34,256 nucleotides of DNA from an uncultured Gammaproteobacteria bacterium (GTDB taxonomy: Bacteria > Patescibacteriota > Patescibacteriia > Patescibacteriales > CAYMCJ01), in NCBI GenBank assembly GCA_964388985.1, contig CAYMCJ010000003.1:1190-35445 (forward strand), read 5' to 3'. Position 1 is the stretch's first letter; every line of letters starts with the position of its first letter. Of this stretch, positions 17,777-25,973 are shown piece by piece. The translations under genes were made by a program, and so were the position numbers. The notes beneath the pieces were generated by a model. It was not told the origin of the DNA and ran no database searches. It was given only the letters and a program-made list of their open reading frames with translations.

Positions 17777-20437
17777 TTACGGGCAGCTACTGTCGGGCGT
17801 TAATGTTCCGCTACAGCATGACGGCAAATAATCATTGGCTCCGAAACAGGCCGGCCCGGCGCTTGGCTTAAAACAATTTTGATAAATATCTTTGACTCCA
17901 GAACCCGCCTGCGTCCTGTAACTGGTAGCATCGGAAAATAATGAATGTCTTATATATACCTTAGTCCAATCCGCCTCCCCATCGGGCGGGGCGTTGTCAA
18001 TATTTTCTTTGGCTATCCAGTAACCAAGCGGATCGCTGGTAAAATTCCATATATTTAACAATTGATGCAAAATATTCTCCTGACCGTTAAAAATATAAGT
18101 GCTGCCTGTTTTTAAACTGCTTGACATCATTAACTCCGGCTTAGCATTATTATTAAAATCAATCTCCACCGGTTCGGATAATGAAACTCCCGCGCTATTA
18201 TGGGCCGGTCCGGTTGAAGTGATAACCGGCGGGGTTAAATATATTTTATCATTAATAAAAAATGACCATTTGTAATTATCGCCGAATGAAGAATCGGGCG
18301 AGTTCTCATTATAAAAACTAACCGGACCGTCCGCATCAAAATCCCTGTTTCCATCCAAAGAATTTAAAGCCGCGTCCATAATGCCATCCAAAGGTAAACT
18401 GGCCAAAGGATAATTTGTTCCATTACTATTCTGACAAACCGTATGGCAGGTATTAAACGGCGTTCTGGTTGAACAATCATTGTCGCTGGCGCAGGCGTCT
18501 AAATTAGCGGCCACCAATTCCATTTTTAAATTGCTGTTTTCCGGCAGACAGTAAATATCCTCCCCGCAGGCATTAACTCCGCATTTATTATCACTTATAA
18601 ATTCAACTGTCCGATAGATATTGGAAATCATAAATTTCCCCTTTAGGCATGCCTCTCCGTTACATTGAAAAAAATCATCGCCGCTGCAATTTCCGGAAAC
18701 ACATATTACCCTGATATAATCCTTAATATCTTCCGCTTCTCCGGAAACCGTTATCGGCATAATCGCTTCATTAAAATTCGCCTGAATAATGGCATTCCTT
18801 GATTTATCCTCCCGGCCATTAACTTTGGTGGTTGTTTCTATATCCACTCCGCCCGACATGGCTTTAATTTCAAAAGCGCCGCCGGTATTAGAAGCTGAAT
18901 TATATAGACTGCTTGAGGTTAAAGCTATATTGTTGCTGGCTGAATTGGCCGCTCGGGCCGTAATGGCCACAATATTACCGGTCGCCAAAGTAAAAACATC
19001 CGGATGAATTGGCGAACCGGCCGAGCCGATGGCAGTCTGAATATTAATGGCCGTATTATTAACCGTTATTCCTTGCTGAATTTGGTTTCCGCTTGGAGTG
19101 CCGGAAACAAAAGTATAAACAGTATTTCCAACCGTTAAAGTATCCGATTGTTTTTCCGCGCTCACTCCTATGGTCCAGCTATTGCCGATTGCAAAGCTAC
19201 CATCAGTCGGAGCCAGGGTAAGTCCGCAACCCAAAGAAGCTATGTTATCGCTAACATCATCACCGCTGACCAGGCCGGTTATACCGCCAACGTTGGCTGT
19301 GTTTGGAGTGCCGGCGGAAATGGAAACCGTTATTGTACCGTCCGCTTGACAATTATAAGTCCCACTGACCGCGGCGCTCTCACTCCCGCCCTGCGGGATT
19401 ACCGCTCCGACAACCGCCGACTGATAAATATTAGGATTATTTTTAACAACAATACTGCCTCTGGCCTGCTGAGCCGGCGTAGTAGTGCTAACTTCATCCA
19501 TTTCATTGTCAGGCGCCGGAAATACCCCGCCTAATTTAACCTGAGGCGGGGTTAAATCAATCTTGTTGCTAATCTCAAAATTCCACTCAAAGTAGTCGGT
19601 CCGACAATTCTTAAAAACCGGCTGACCATCTTTTTTAAGAATATCATTGGATAAATAAACAGAGTACCAAATATATTCAGAGGCCGAGCCCAAATAATTT
19701 ATTGGCATAAACACAAATGTCTTTTTGTCTTTGGTTATAACATTTACTTCGGTAACCTGGCTGTTGCAAGGGCCGTCTTCAAGACAAACGTCTCTCTCGT
19801 TGGTATGAAATATTTTAATATTATCACTTACAATATTATCATCGCCATCGCAAATATCTTTTCCGCAAATCGTTTTTAAATCAATTTCTTCTTTAAAAGT
19901 AACTATTATAATCGTATTTCTGGGAACTTCCGGATTAGTCTGGCCGGGTTCGGGATAAACAGACTCAAGCGAGCAAGCTCCTAGGGCTCCCAATCCGCCA
20001 GGGGTACCCGGGGGACCGGGCGGACCGGGAGAAGAAACGCTTTCGCTAAGCAATTTGCTAATAATAAAACTAACAATTGCAAAAGCGGATAAAATTATTA
20101 TTAAGCCAATGATCGCATTTTTTAGAACTCTCTTGGCGACTAATATTTTCTCTTCATTGCCTCCGCTGGTCATCCACAGCCAGCCGCCGTAAATTATTAT
20201 TCCGACTGTTACAATTCCTATAAAACCAAGGGCTATTTGAACAATCCTGGCCGCTATAACTCTGGGGTCATCTTTGCCTAAACCGATTTTATCAGCATAT
20301 TCCGCTCCCACATTTACCGCCGCCAAACAAAAATTAGGCAATAAAAAAATAACCATAAACAATATAAAAATTGCAAATATGGTTATTTTTACTCTATTAT
20401 ACTTAATTTTATTTATTAAAAAATTTAATTTTAACAT
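17777..20437 (-). CDS. Large surface protein with the same pilin-like N-terminal anchor, Ig-like modules and Cys-rich C-terminus
   Basis: 886 aa. The first ~120 aa are paralogous to the 2052-aa neighbour. A Gly/Pro linker follows (PGPPGPPGTPGG), then Big_5/SbsA-like segments (SLESVYPEPGQTNPEVPRNTIIIVTF) and a Cys-rich tail ending SCCSGTLTPDSSCP. Confidence 0.85.
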   Translation of the reverse strand: MLKLNFLINKIKYNRVKITIFAIFILFMVIFLLPNFCLAAVNVGAEYADKIGLGKDDPRVIAARIVQIALGFIGIVTVGIIIYGGWLWMTSGGNEEKILVAKRVLKNAIIGLIIILSAFAIVSFIISKLLSESVSSPGPPGPPGTPGGLGALGACSLESVYPEPGQTNPEVPRNTIIIVTFKEEIDLKTICGKDICDGDDNIVSDNIKIFHTNERDVCLEDGPCNSQVTEVNVITKDKKTFVFMPINYLGSASEYIWYSVYLSNDILKKDGQPVFKNCRTDYFEWNFEISNKIDLTPPQVKLGGVFPAPDNEMDEVSTTTPAQQARGSIVVKNNPNIYQSAVVGAVIPQGGSESAAVSGTYNCQADGTITVSISAGTPNTANVGGITGLVSGDDVSDNIASLGCGLTLAPTDGSFAIGNSWTIGVSAEKQSDTLTVGNTVYTFVSGTPSGNQIQQGITVNNTAINIQTAIGSAGSPIHPDVFTLATGNIVAITARAANSASNNIALTSSSLYNSASNTGGAFEIKAMSGGVDIETTTKVNGREDKSRNAIIQANFNEAIMPITVSGEAEDIKDYIRVICVSGNCSGDDFFQCNGEACLKGKFMISNIYRTVEFISDNKCGVNACGEDIYCLPENSNLKMELVAANLDACASDNDCSTRTPFNTCHTVCQNSNGTNYPLASLPLDGIMDAALNSLDGNRDFDADGPVSFYNENSPDSSFGDNYKWSFFINDKIYLTPPVITSTGPAHNSAGVSLSEPVEIDFNNNAKPELMMSSSLKTGSTYIFNGQENILHQLLNIWNFTSDPLGYWIAKENIDNAPPDGEADWTKVYIRHSLFSDATSYRTQAGSGVKDIYQNCFKPSAGPACFGANDYLPSCCSGTLTPDSSCP

Positions 20438-20461
20438 GGGGAAACATTAATTTAAAATTAG

Positions 20462-20490
20462 TTGACTAATCCACAATAATATTATTTAAT
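20462..20490 (+). promoter_or_regulatory. Candidate sigma70-type promoter for rel
   Basis: TTGACT, 17 nt, TTTAAT, located 40 nt upstream of the ATG. A GGGG-containing SD follows. Confidence 0.5.
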
Positions 20491-20493
20491 GTT

Positions 20494-20502
20494 ATTATAC
20501 CA
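20494..20502 (-). promoter_or_regulatory. Candidate extended -10 promoter for the surface-protein module
   Basis: Minus strand TGgTATAAT, about 55 nt upstream of the 886-aa ORF start. Confidence 0.4.
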
Positions 20503-20529
20503 TAAATTAAACTTAAGGGGCAAATAAAA

Positions 20530-21993
20530 ATGACAATTAATCAAATTATAAACAAAGTAAAAGAAAACTATCCGAAAGCGGATACGGATTTATTGGTGTC
20601 TGCTTACAATTTTGCCGCCAAAGCCCATAAAAATCAAAAAAGAAAAAGTGGGGAACCGTACATTGAACATAGCCTGCACACGGCCTTTTTATTGGCGCAG
20701 ATTAAAGCGGACATAAATACTGTCATTGCCGGCATCCTGCATGACATTCCGGAAGATACTGAAATGGACCTTGAATCAATTAAAAAAAATTTTGGTGAAG
20801 AGATTGCCAGTTTGGTTGAAGGCACCACCAAATTAAGCAAGATAAAATATCGCGGCGTTGAAAGATACCGGGAAAGCTTAAAAAAAATGTTTTTAGCCAT
20901 GGCGCACGATATCCGCGTTATTCTAATAAAATTTGCCGACCGACTGCATAATTTAAGGACTTTAGACGCTCTTCCGCCGGAAAAACGTCTGCGCATAGCC
21001 AAGGAAACCATGGAAATTTATGCTCCCATAGCCGGACTGCTCGGCATCTGGCGATTAAAATGGCAACTGGAAGATTTATGCTTTAAATATCTTTACCCGG
21101 AAGAATTCAAAAAAATTGAATATAAATATGAAGTGGAAAAAAAAGTTGAACAAAATCAATATATTAAAAAAATAAAAAATATTTTAGGGCAAAAATTAAA
21201 ACAGGAAAAAATAAATTTTAGAATAGAGGGAAGGTTTAAGCATCTTTACAGTATTTTCCAAAAAATGCAGTCCAAAGACAGAAAATTTAATGAAATCTAC
21301 GATGTCTTCGCTCTGCGGATAATAGTCCCTTCCGTATCCGACTGTTATAAAGTTTTAGGGATAATTCATTCGCTCTGGAAACCAAAAATTAAACGTTTTA
21401 AAGATTATATCTCCGTTCCAAAACCAAACGGGTACCGCAGTCTGCACACGACTGTTTTCGGTCCGGAAGGAAAAGCAACCGAATTTCAAATAAGAACCGA
21501 AGAAATGCATGAAGAAGCGCTTTATGGGATTGCCGCCCATTGGTATTATAAAACCGACACTGGCAAGGAGGAAAAAATAAAGAATCCCGACTGGATAAAA
21601 AAAATTTTAAATGTTCAACGGGAAGGGATAGATACCAATGAATTTATCAAAAAAATAAAATTTGATATTTTTAAAAACTATATTTTTATTTTTTCTCCTG
21701 ACGGAGACATTTTTGAATTGCCGGAAAAATCAACCCCAATTGACTTCGCTTATGCAGTCCATACGGATATCGGCAATAAAGCGGCCGGCGCCTTGGTAAA
21801 TGACAAAATTACAACGTTGGATCACACTTTAAAAAACGGGGATTTGGTTGAAATTATTATTGAAAAAAATCGAAAAGGGCCAAATAAAGACTGGTTAAAA
21901 TTCGTTCAAACCAACCGGGCTAAAAATAAAATAAGGCAATACGCGAAAAAATCAACCTTGGACAATATTAGAAAATTCATCGGCCGCACTTAA
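20530..21993 (+). CDS. rel: RelA/SpoT homologue, (p)ppGpp synthetase/hydrolase, short form
   Basis: 487 aa. HD hydrolase motifs (HSLHTA, HDIPEDT), synthetase motifs (RFKHLYSIFQKM, YRSLHTTV, EFQIRTEEMH) and a TGS domain. The ORF ends shortly after TGS. Confidence 0.93.
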   Translation: MTINQIINKVKENYPKADTDLLVSAYNFAAKAHKNQKRKSGEPYIEHSLHTAFLLAQIKADINTVIAGILHDIPEDTEMDLESIKKNFGEEIASLVEGTTKLSKIKYRGVERYRESLKKMFLAMAHDIRVILIKFADRLHNLRTLDALPPEKRLRIAKETMEIYAPIAGLLGIWRLKWQLEDLCFKYLYPEEFKKIEYKYEVEKKVEQNQYIKKIKNILGQKLKQEKINFRIEGRFKHLYSIFQKMQSKDRKFNEIYDVFALRIIVPSVSDCYKVLGIIHSLWKPKIKRFKDYISVPKPNGYRSLHTTVFGPEGKATEFQIRTEEMHEEALYGIAAHWYYKTDTGKEEKIKNPDWIKKILNVQREGIDTNEFIKKIKFDIFKNYIFIFSPDGDIFELPEKSTPIDFAYAVHTDIGNKAAGALVNDKITTLDHTLKNGDLVEIIIEKNRKGPNKDWLKFVQTNRAKNKIRQYAKKSTLDNIRKFIGRT

Positions 21994-22026
21994 TAACAGT
22001 TTTAGAAAACCAAATTTATTCCAATC

Positions 22027-22058
22027 AAAAAAACAGGTCAATTTACCTGTTTTTATTT
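22027..22058. terminator. Bidirectional intrinsic terminator between convergent genes
   Basis: aaaaaaaCAGGTcaatttACCTGtttttatttt. Confidence 0.7.
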
Positions 22059-22075
22059 TACCACGGCTTTTTTAC

Positions 22076-22885
22076 CTACTGCCAATCCGGTTTCAATATA
22101 TTTTCTAAATCCTTATTAAGAATATTAACCTCAACCACTCCGATAACGTAAGGACCGACCTGATAGGGATTAAAAATAAAAGTAATAAAATCCTTACTAA
22201 TAATAAAATACTTATAATTTTTTTCGTCAGGCAAAGCCCCTTCCCTAAACCAGCCATATTCCTTAAAGCGATTATCAAGTTCTCCAATTACATAATCGGA
22301 AATATCTTTTAAATAATCGGAGCCGCTAACAAACAAATCGCCCAGCTCAATAACGTCGCCGGTATTCAAATTAAAATTATAAGTAAAATCATTATTATTG
22401 GGGTGAGCCGCGCCCTTATAATAGTCTGACTTATTTATTAAAATTGAGACTGTTTTTTCCAACGGCTGATAATATTTATACCTAATCCAAAGCCCGCTTT
22501 TTTGTTCAACCGGAATATCCTCGGCCGCAAATTCGCTAACATTTTTTTTAAATTCCTCAGAACTGTTATCTATATCATCTTTAATTTTTTCATTGATTTC
22601 GGCCTGAATATCCGAATTTTCAATTCCAATAATTTCCGGGTATTCTATATCAAGCATATATTCTAAATTATTATCTTCTTTAATGGTTTTTGTTACGGCC
22701 GTAATTTGCTTTTTATTTTCAACCAAATTTATATTTTCCTCAGAGGCTTTATCGTCAGCTTGCCCGCGCCACAAAATAAATATAATAACCGCCAATAATA
22801 AAAAAATGCCTATCATTATATATTTTGAATAATCTTTTTCCGCTGTCCCTCCCATATTTTCAGATTGATTATTTTTCTTACTCAT
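22076..22885 (-). CDS. Membrane-anchored DUF4163/DUF3298 (RsiV/PdaC-like) domain protein
   Basis: 269 aa with an N-terminal TM anchor. DIEYPEI..IQAEINEKI and GAAHPNNNDFTYNFNLNTGDVIELGDLF match the pattern I recall for these paired domains. Confidence 0.6.
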   Translation of the reverse strand: MSKKNNQSENMGGTAEKDYSKYIMIGIFLLLAVIIFILWRGQADDKASEENINLVENKKQITAVTKTIKEDNNLEYMLDIEYPEIIGIENSDIQAEINEKIKDDIDNSSEEFKKNVSEFAAEDIPVEQKSGLWIRYKYYQPLEKTVSILINKSDYYKGAAHPNNNDFTYNFNLNTGDVIELGDLFVSGSDYLKDISDYVIGELDNRFKEYGWFREGALPDEKNYKYFIISKDFITFIFNPYQVGPYVIGVVEVNILNKDLENILKPDWQ

Positions 22886-22897
22886 ATAAATATCTTA

Positions 22898-23422
22898 TTA
22901 TCTTAATTTATATTCGGTTAGAAACCAAGCAACTGCGCCGGCCAAGGCTAAAATGCCCAGGATAATTATAATCCAAATTTTTAATTTTTTCTCCGCCGGC
23001 GTTAAATCAGCCCAGGTCCTTTTTTTCCATTTATCTTTATTAACCAAACCAATTACGAAAAATATTATGCCCATCGCAAACAAACCGTTAAGATTATAAT
23101 CATGCAAAAATGTTGCCGGTACCCCGGCTATTATCCAGATAAGTCCCATGATAAAAAAAGCGCGGTAATCCGGTCCGGGCCAGCTCTTCCCTTTAACAGC
23201 CATAATCGCCGCCACCGCTCCCAGAATCAATAAAACCGCCACAACCATTATTATCCAGGGCAGACTATCACCAAAAAATTTATCTTTGACAATAAACAAA
23301 AAAACGATAATTCCAACCAGAAAAAGGATTAAACCGATAATTATAGAATAAACCAGCCAATTATTGCCCTTAACCTCGCTTGTATTTTGCTCAACGGATT
23401 TTTTTATAATTTCTTTTTCCAT
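22898..23422 (-). CDS. Polytopic membrane protein, unknown function
   Basis: 174 aa with about five hydrophobic helices and no recognisable motif. Confidence 0.6.
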   Translation of the reverse strand: MEKEIIKKSVEQNTSEVKGNNWLVYSIIIGLILFLVGIIVFLFIVKDKFFGDSLPWIIMVVAVLLILGAVAAIMAVKGKSWPGPDYRAFFIMGLIWIIAGVPATFLHDYNLNGLFAMGIIFFVIGLVNKDKWKKRTWADLTPAEKKLKIWIIIILGILALAGAVAWFLTEYKLR

Positions 23423-23506
23423 AAAAAATTGTTATAATCTGACTTATGCCTTAAAATGAAATTAAATAATATTTAATTAAACGTCTACCTAAAATTATAT
23501 AATTAT

Positions 23507-23599
23507 CTACGAATTACGAATGTTTTACAAATCTACAAACACTAACGCAAACGTCTCAACTAATATTTGTAAATTTGTACTTAATTTGTAATTCGTGGC
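23507..23599. repeat. Family A inverted doublet (gene-less)
   Basis: ctacgaattacgaatgttttacaaatctacaaaca, a 22-nt spacer, then tatttgtaaatttgtacttaatttgtaattcgtggc. The right arm differs from 498-534 at one base. Confidence 0.8.
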
Positions 23600-23707
23600 T
23601 GATAAATTCAGACAAACGCGCAAGTCAATCAATCAATGTATTCTGTTTATATCTTACCTTATTTTTATAACCTTGTTAAGGCTAAATCCCAAAAATAAGC
23701 CCGATTG

Positions 23708-23736
23708 TTGACAAAATTTAATATTATTGCTATACT
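23708..23736 (+). promoter_or_regulatory. Near-consensus sigma70 promoter
   Basis: TTGACA, exactly 17 nt, TATACT. It sits 36 nt upstream of family C copy 1 and ~240 nt upstream of the zinc-ribbon ATG. Confidence 0.65.
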
Positions 23737-23771
23737 GCCAACATAATTAAATAATGTTTACGTTCTTTTTA

Positions 23772-23938
23772 AGGGACTGCCACCAAATGCCATTTTGGCT
23801 ACAATTTATAAAAATCCGGCCAAATTTTCCCAAAAATTTTTTAGCTTATATTTTTCATATAAACCTCAAAATTTATTGAAAAAATTTGTCTTGAATTTTT
23901 AAAATTTCGCGGCAAAAGCGCATTTGGCGGCAGCCCCT
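23772..23938 (+). repeat. Family C stem-closed ~165-nt element, copy 1 (upstream of the zinc-ribbon gene)
   Basis: Arms agggactgccaccaaatgc (23772-23790) and gcatttggcggcagcccct (23920-23938) pair at 17/19 positions and enclose an AT-rich interior. Confidence 0.75.
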
Positions 23939-23975
23939 ATTAACTAAATTTTCGTAAACAACACAAGAAAAGTAA

Positions 23976-24146
23976 ATGGATAACAAAGATTATTCCGGCG
24001 GACGCCCGATGGTTAAAGGAAACTGGACCTGTTCCAAATGCGGAGCGGAAATCACAGAACTTCCTTTTGAACCGGACGGAGAAAGACCGCTTTATTGCCG
24101 AGATTGCCATCAGCAAATGAGGCAAAGTCGTCCCAGACGATTCTAA
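23976..24146 (+). CDS. Small CxxC...CxxC zinc-ribbon protein (56 aa, not in ORF track)
   Basis: Hand translation: MDNKDYSGGRPMVKGNWTCSKCGAEITELPFEPDGERPLYCRDCHQQMRQSRPRRF. The C-x2-C / ELPF.P....RP.YC.DC layout matches the CxxC-x17-CxxC domain family common in CPR (here x18). It is followed by an intrinsic terminator and preceded by a consensus promoter. Confidence 0.75.
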   Translation: MDNKDYSGGRPMVKGNWTCSKCGAEITELPFEPDGERPLYCRDCHQQMRQSRPRRF

Positions 24147-24223
24147 TTATCGCCAGACGATTTACAAGAAACATATTATTTAGATAACTTTATTATCATC
24201 TAATATATTTCGAGAAAACGAAA

Positions 24224-24252
24224 GCCGCGCTTAGAGCGCGACTTTTGTTTTT
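24224..24252. terminator. Bidirectional intrinsic terminator (zinc-ribbon gene / ABC operon)
   Basis: CGCGCT-tag-AGCGCG is followed by acttttgttttt, with a T-rich tract on the other strand too. Confidence 0.7.
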
Positions 24253-24260
24253 GAAATATA

Positions 24261-24297
24261 TATTTGTAAATTTGTAGCTGATTTGTAAATTCGCAGG
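24261..24297. repeat. Family A solo arm next to the ABC permease stop codon
   Basis: tatttgtaaatttgtagctgatttgtaaattcgcagg. A very degenerate partner may lie near 24151-24185. Confidence 0.65.
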
Positions 24298-24304
24298 AAA
24301 ATCG

Positions 24305-25072
24305 CTAAACTTTTATTTTAGAAAAAAAATAACTGCCTAAACTTAAAATCACTATGCTAAAAATAAATAATACCAGAAAATCAGTCAACAGACTAAAATG
24401 CATCTGCCCGACTAAAGCTCCCCTGATGCCATCTACTCCGTAAGAAAGAGGATTAAGCGTGGCCACAACTTCTATGGCCCGGGGTAAATTATTTAAAGGG
24501 AAAAGCGCGCCGGACAGGAAAAAAAGCGGCATGATTAAAAAATTAATAATTAAAGGAAAGGCGTGCATATCCTCCAATAATGAACCAATAGCCGTACCCA
24601 AGGCCGTAAACAAGACGGCTATCAAAATCATAAAAACAAAAACCAATATAAAAGCCGGCGATAAAATCGGATTAAAACCAATAAATAAAGAAATTATAAA
24701 TACAATCAAGCCCTGGGCCAGGGCCACGGTGGCTCCGCCAAAAGTGCGGCCGAGCATAATTGACCAGCGCGAAACCGGCGCCACTAAAGTCTCTTTTAAA
24801 AAACCGAATTGCTTGTCGGCGATAACTTCTATGCCGGAAAACATGGCCGTAAAAATAATACTCATGGAAATTATACCCGGAGATAAAAACTGAAGATAAT
24901 CTCCGCCGCCGGCTTTTTGAAATATCGGCCCGAAGCCAAAGCCTAAAGCGACTAAAAAAAGCACGGGCTGGCCCAAAGAGCCGAGCATCCGGGCGCGCGA
25001 ACGCAAATAACGCTTTAGCTGCCTTAGCCAAAGTATATACATAACATTAATTATTTGTTTTATCTTTTCCAT
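24305..25072 (-). CDS. ABC-2 type transporter permease
   Basis: 255 aa with six hydrophobic segments. It overlaps the upstream ATPase gene by 13 nt. Confidence 0.85.
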   Translation of the reverse strand: MEKIKQIINVMYILWLRQLKRYLRSRARMLGSLGQPVLFLVALGFGFGPIFQKAGGGDYLQFLSPGIISMSIIFTAMFSGIEVIADKQFGFLKETLVAPVSRWSIMLGRTFGGATVALAQGLIVFIISLFIGFNPILSPAFILVFVFMILIAVLFTALGTAIGSLLEDMHAFPLIINFLIMPLFFLSGALFPLNNLPRAIEVVATLNPLSYGVDGIRGALVGQMHFSLLTDFLVLFIFSIVILSLGSYFFSKIKV

Positions 25073-25845
25073 AATTTTCTTCGTTGCCTTATTCGGTCTA
25101 AATTACTGCCGCTTTCCTGGCGGATGACCTTGCCGGTAAACGACAAAAAAGCATCTTCCAAAGAATTGGCGCCAACAGTTTCCATTAATTCTTGAGGGCT
25201 GCCCTGGGCAATAATTTTACCATGGTCTATAATGGCAATCCGGTCCGCCACCTTTTCGGCTTCTTCCATATAATGGGTAGTAAAAAAGATAGTAATATTT
25301 TCCATTTTATTAAGCTTTTTAATATAGTTCCAGATATGATTGCGGGTTTGCGGGTCAAGCCCCAGGGTTGGTTCGTCTAAAAATATAATTTTGGGGTGAT
25401 GCAGGAGCCCGCGGGCGATTTCCAGTCTTCTTTTCATTCCGCCGGAAAAATTTTTAACCAAATCATTTCTCCTTTCCCAAAGTTCAACGATTTTTAAAAG
25501 CTCTGCCATTCTTGTTCGCCTGATTTTTTTTGGCAGGCCGTATAAAACCCCGTGAAATTCAAGATTTTCCCTGGCCGTCAATTCGTCGTCAATGCTCGGG
25601 TCCTGAAAAATAATGCCGAAAGACCGCCTGGCCTTATTGGGTTCTTTGGCCGGATTATAGCCGTTTATTAAAACCTGCCCGGAAGTGGCTTTAAGCAGGG
25701 TGGTAAATATTTTAATGGTGGTGGTTTTACCGGCTCCGTTGGGCCCTAAGAAAGCAAAAATTTCTCCTTCTTTAACCGAAAAGGAGATATTATCTACGGC
25801 TATAAAACCGTTAAATTTTTTAGTTAAATTTTTGGCTTCAATCAT
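25060..25845 (-). CDS. ABC transporter ATP-binding protein (DrrA/ABC-2 exporter type)
   Basis: 261 aa. Walker A GPNGAGKTT, signature FSGGMKRRLEIA, Walker B IIFLDEPTLGLD, H-loop TTHYMEE. Confidence 0.93.
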   Translation of the reverse strand: MIEAKNLTKKFNGFIAVDNISFSVKEGEIFAFLGPNGAGKTTTIKIFTTLLKATSGQVLINGYNPAKEPNKARRSFGIIFQDPSIDDELTARENLEFHGVLYGLPKKIRRTRMAELLKIVELWERRNDLVKNFSGGMKRRLEIARGLLHHPKIIFLDEPTLGLDPQTRNHIWNYIKKLNKMENITIFFTTHYMEEAEKVADRIAIIDHGKIIAQGSPQELMETVGANSLEDAFLSFTGKVIRQESGSNLDRIRQRRKLWKR

Positions 25846-25898
25846 TTTTCTATTTTATCACATTTTCTAAAAATAAAAAAACCATTGGCCAATATTAT

Positions 25899-25927
25899 TT
25901 GACCAAAAAACTGTTTTATGATAATGT
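25899..25927 (+). promoter_or_regulatory. Candidate promoter for the 132-aa gene
   Basis: TTGACC, 17 nt, TAATGT (alternatively GATAAT). Confidence 0.45.
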
Positions 25928-25973
25928 CTTTTTAAATAAAACACACCTAACAACAAGGAGAAGGAGGAAAAAA

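Noticed and set aside
12925-19534. Numerous 60-130-aa ORFs on both strands inside the 2052-aa and 886-aa genes, and similar ORFs inside ligA, rel and the ABC genes
   Set aside because: They are shadow ORFs of long, uninterrupted, domain-bearing reading frames, with Arg/Ser-rich nonsense composition.
23940-24125. 61-aa minus-strand ORF
   Set aside because: It is antisense to the much better supported 56-aa zinc-ribbon gene, which has a promoter, a terminator and a conserved Cys pattern.
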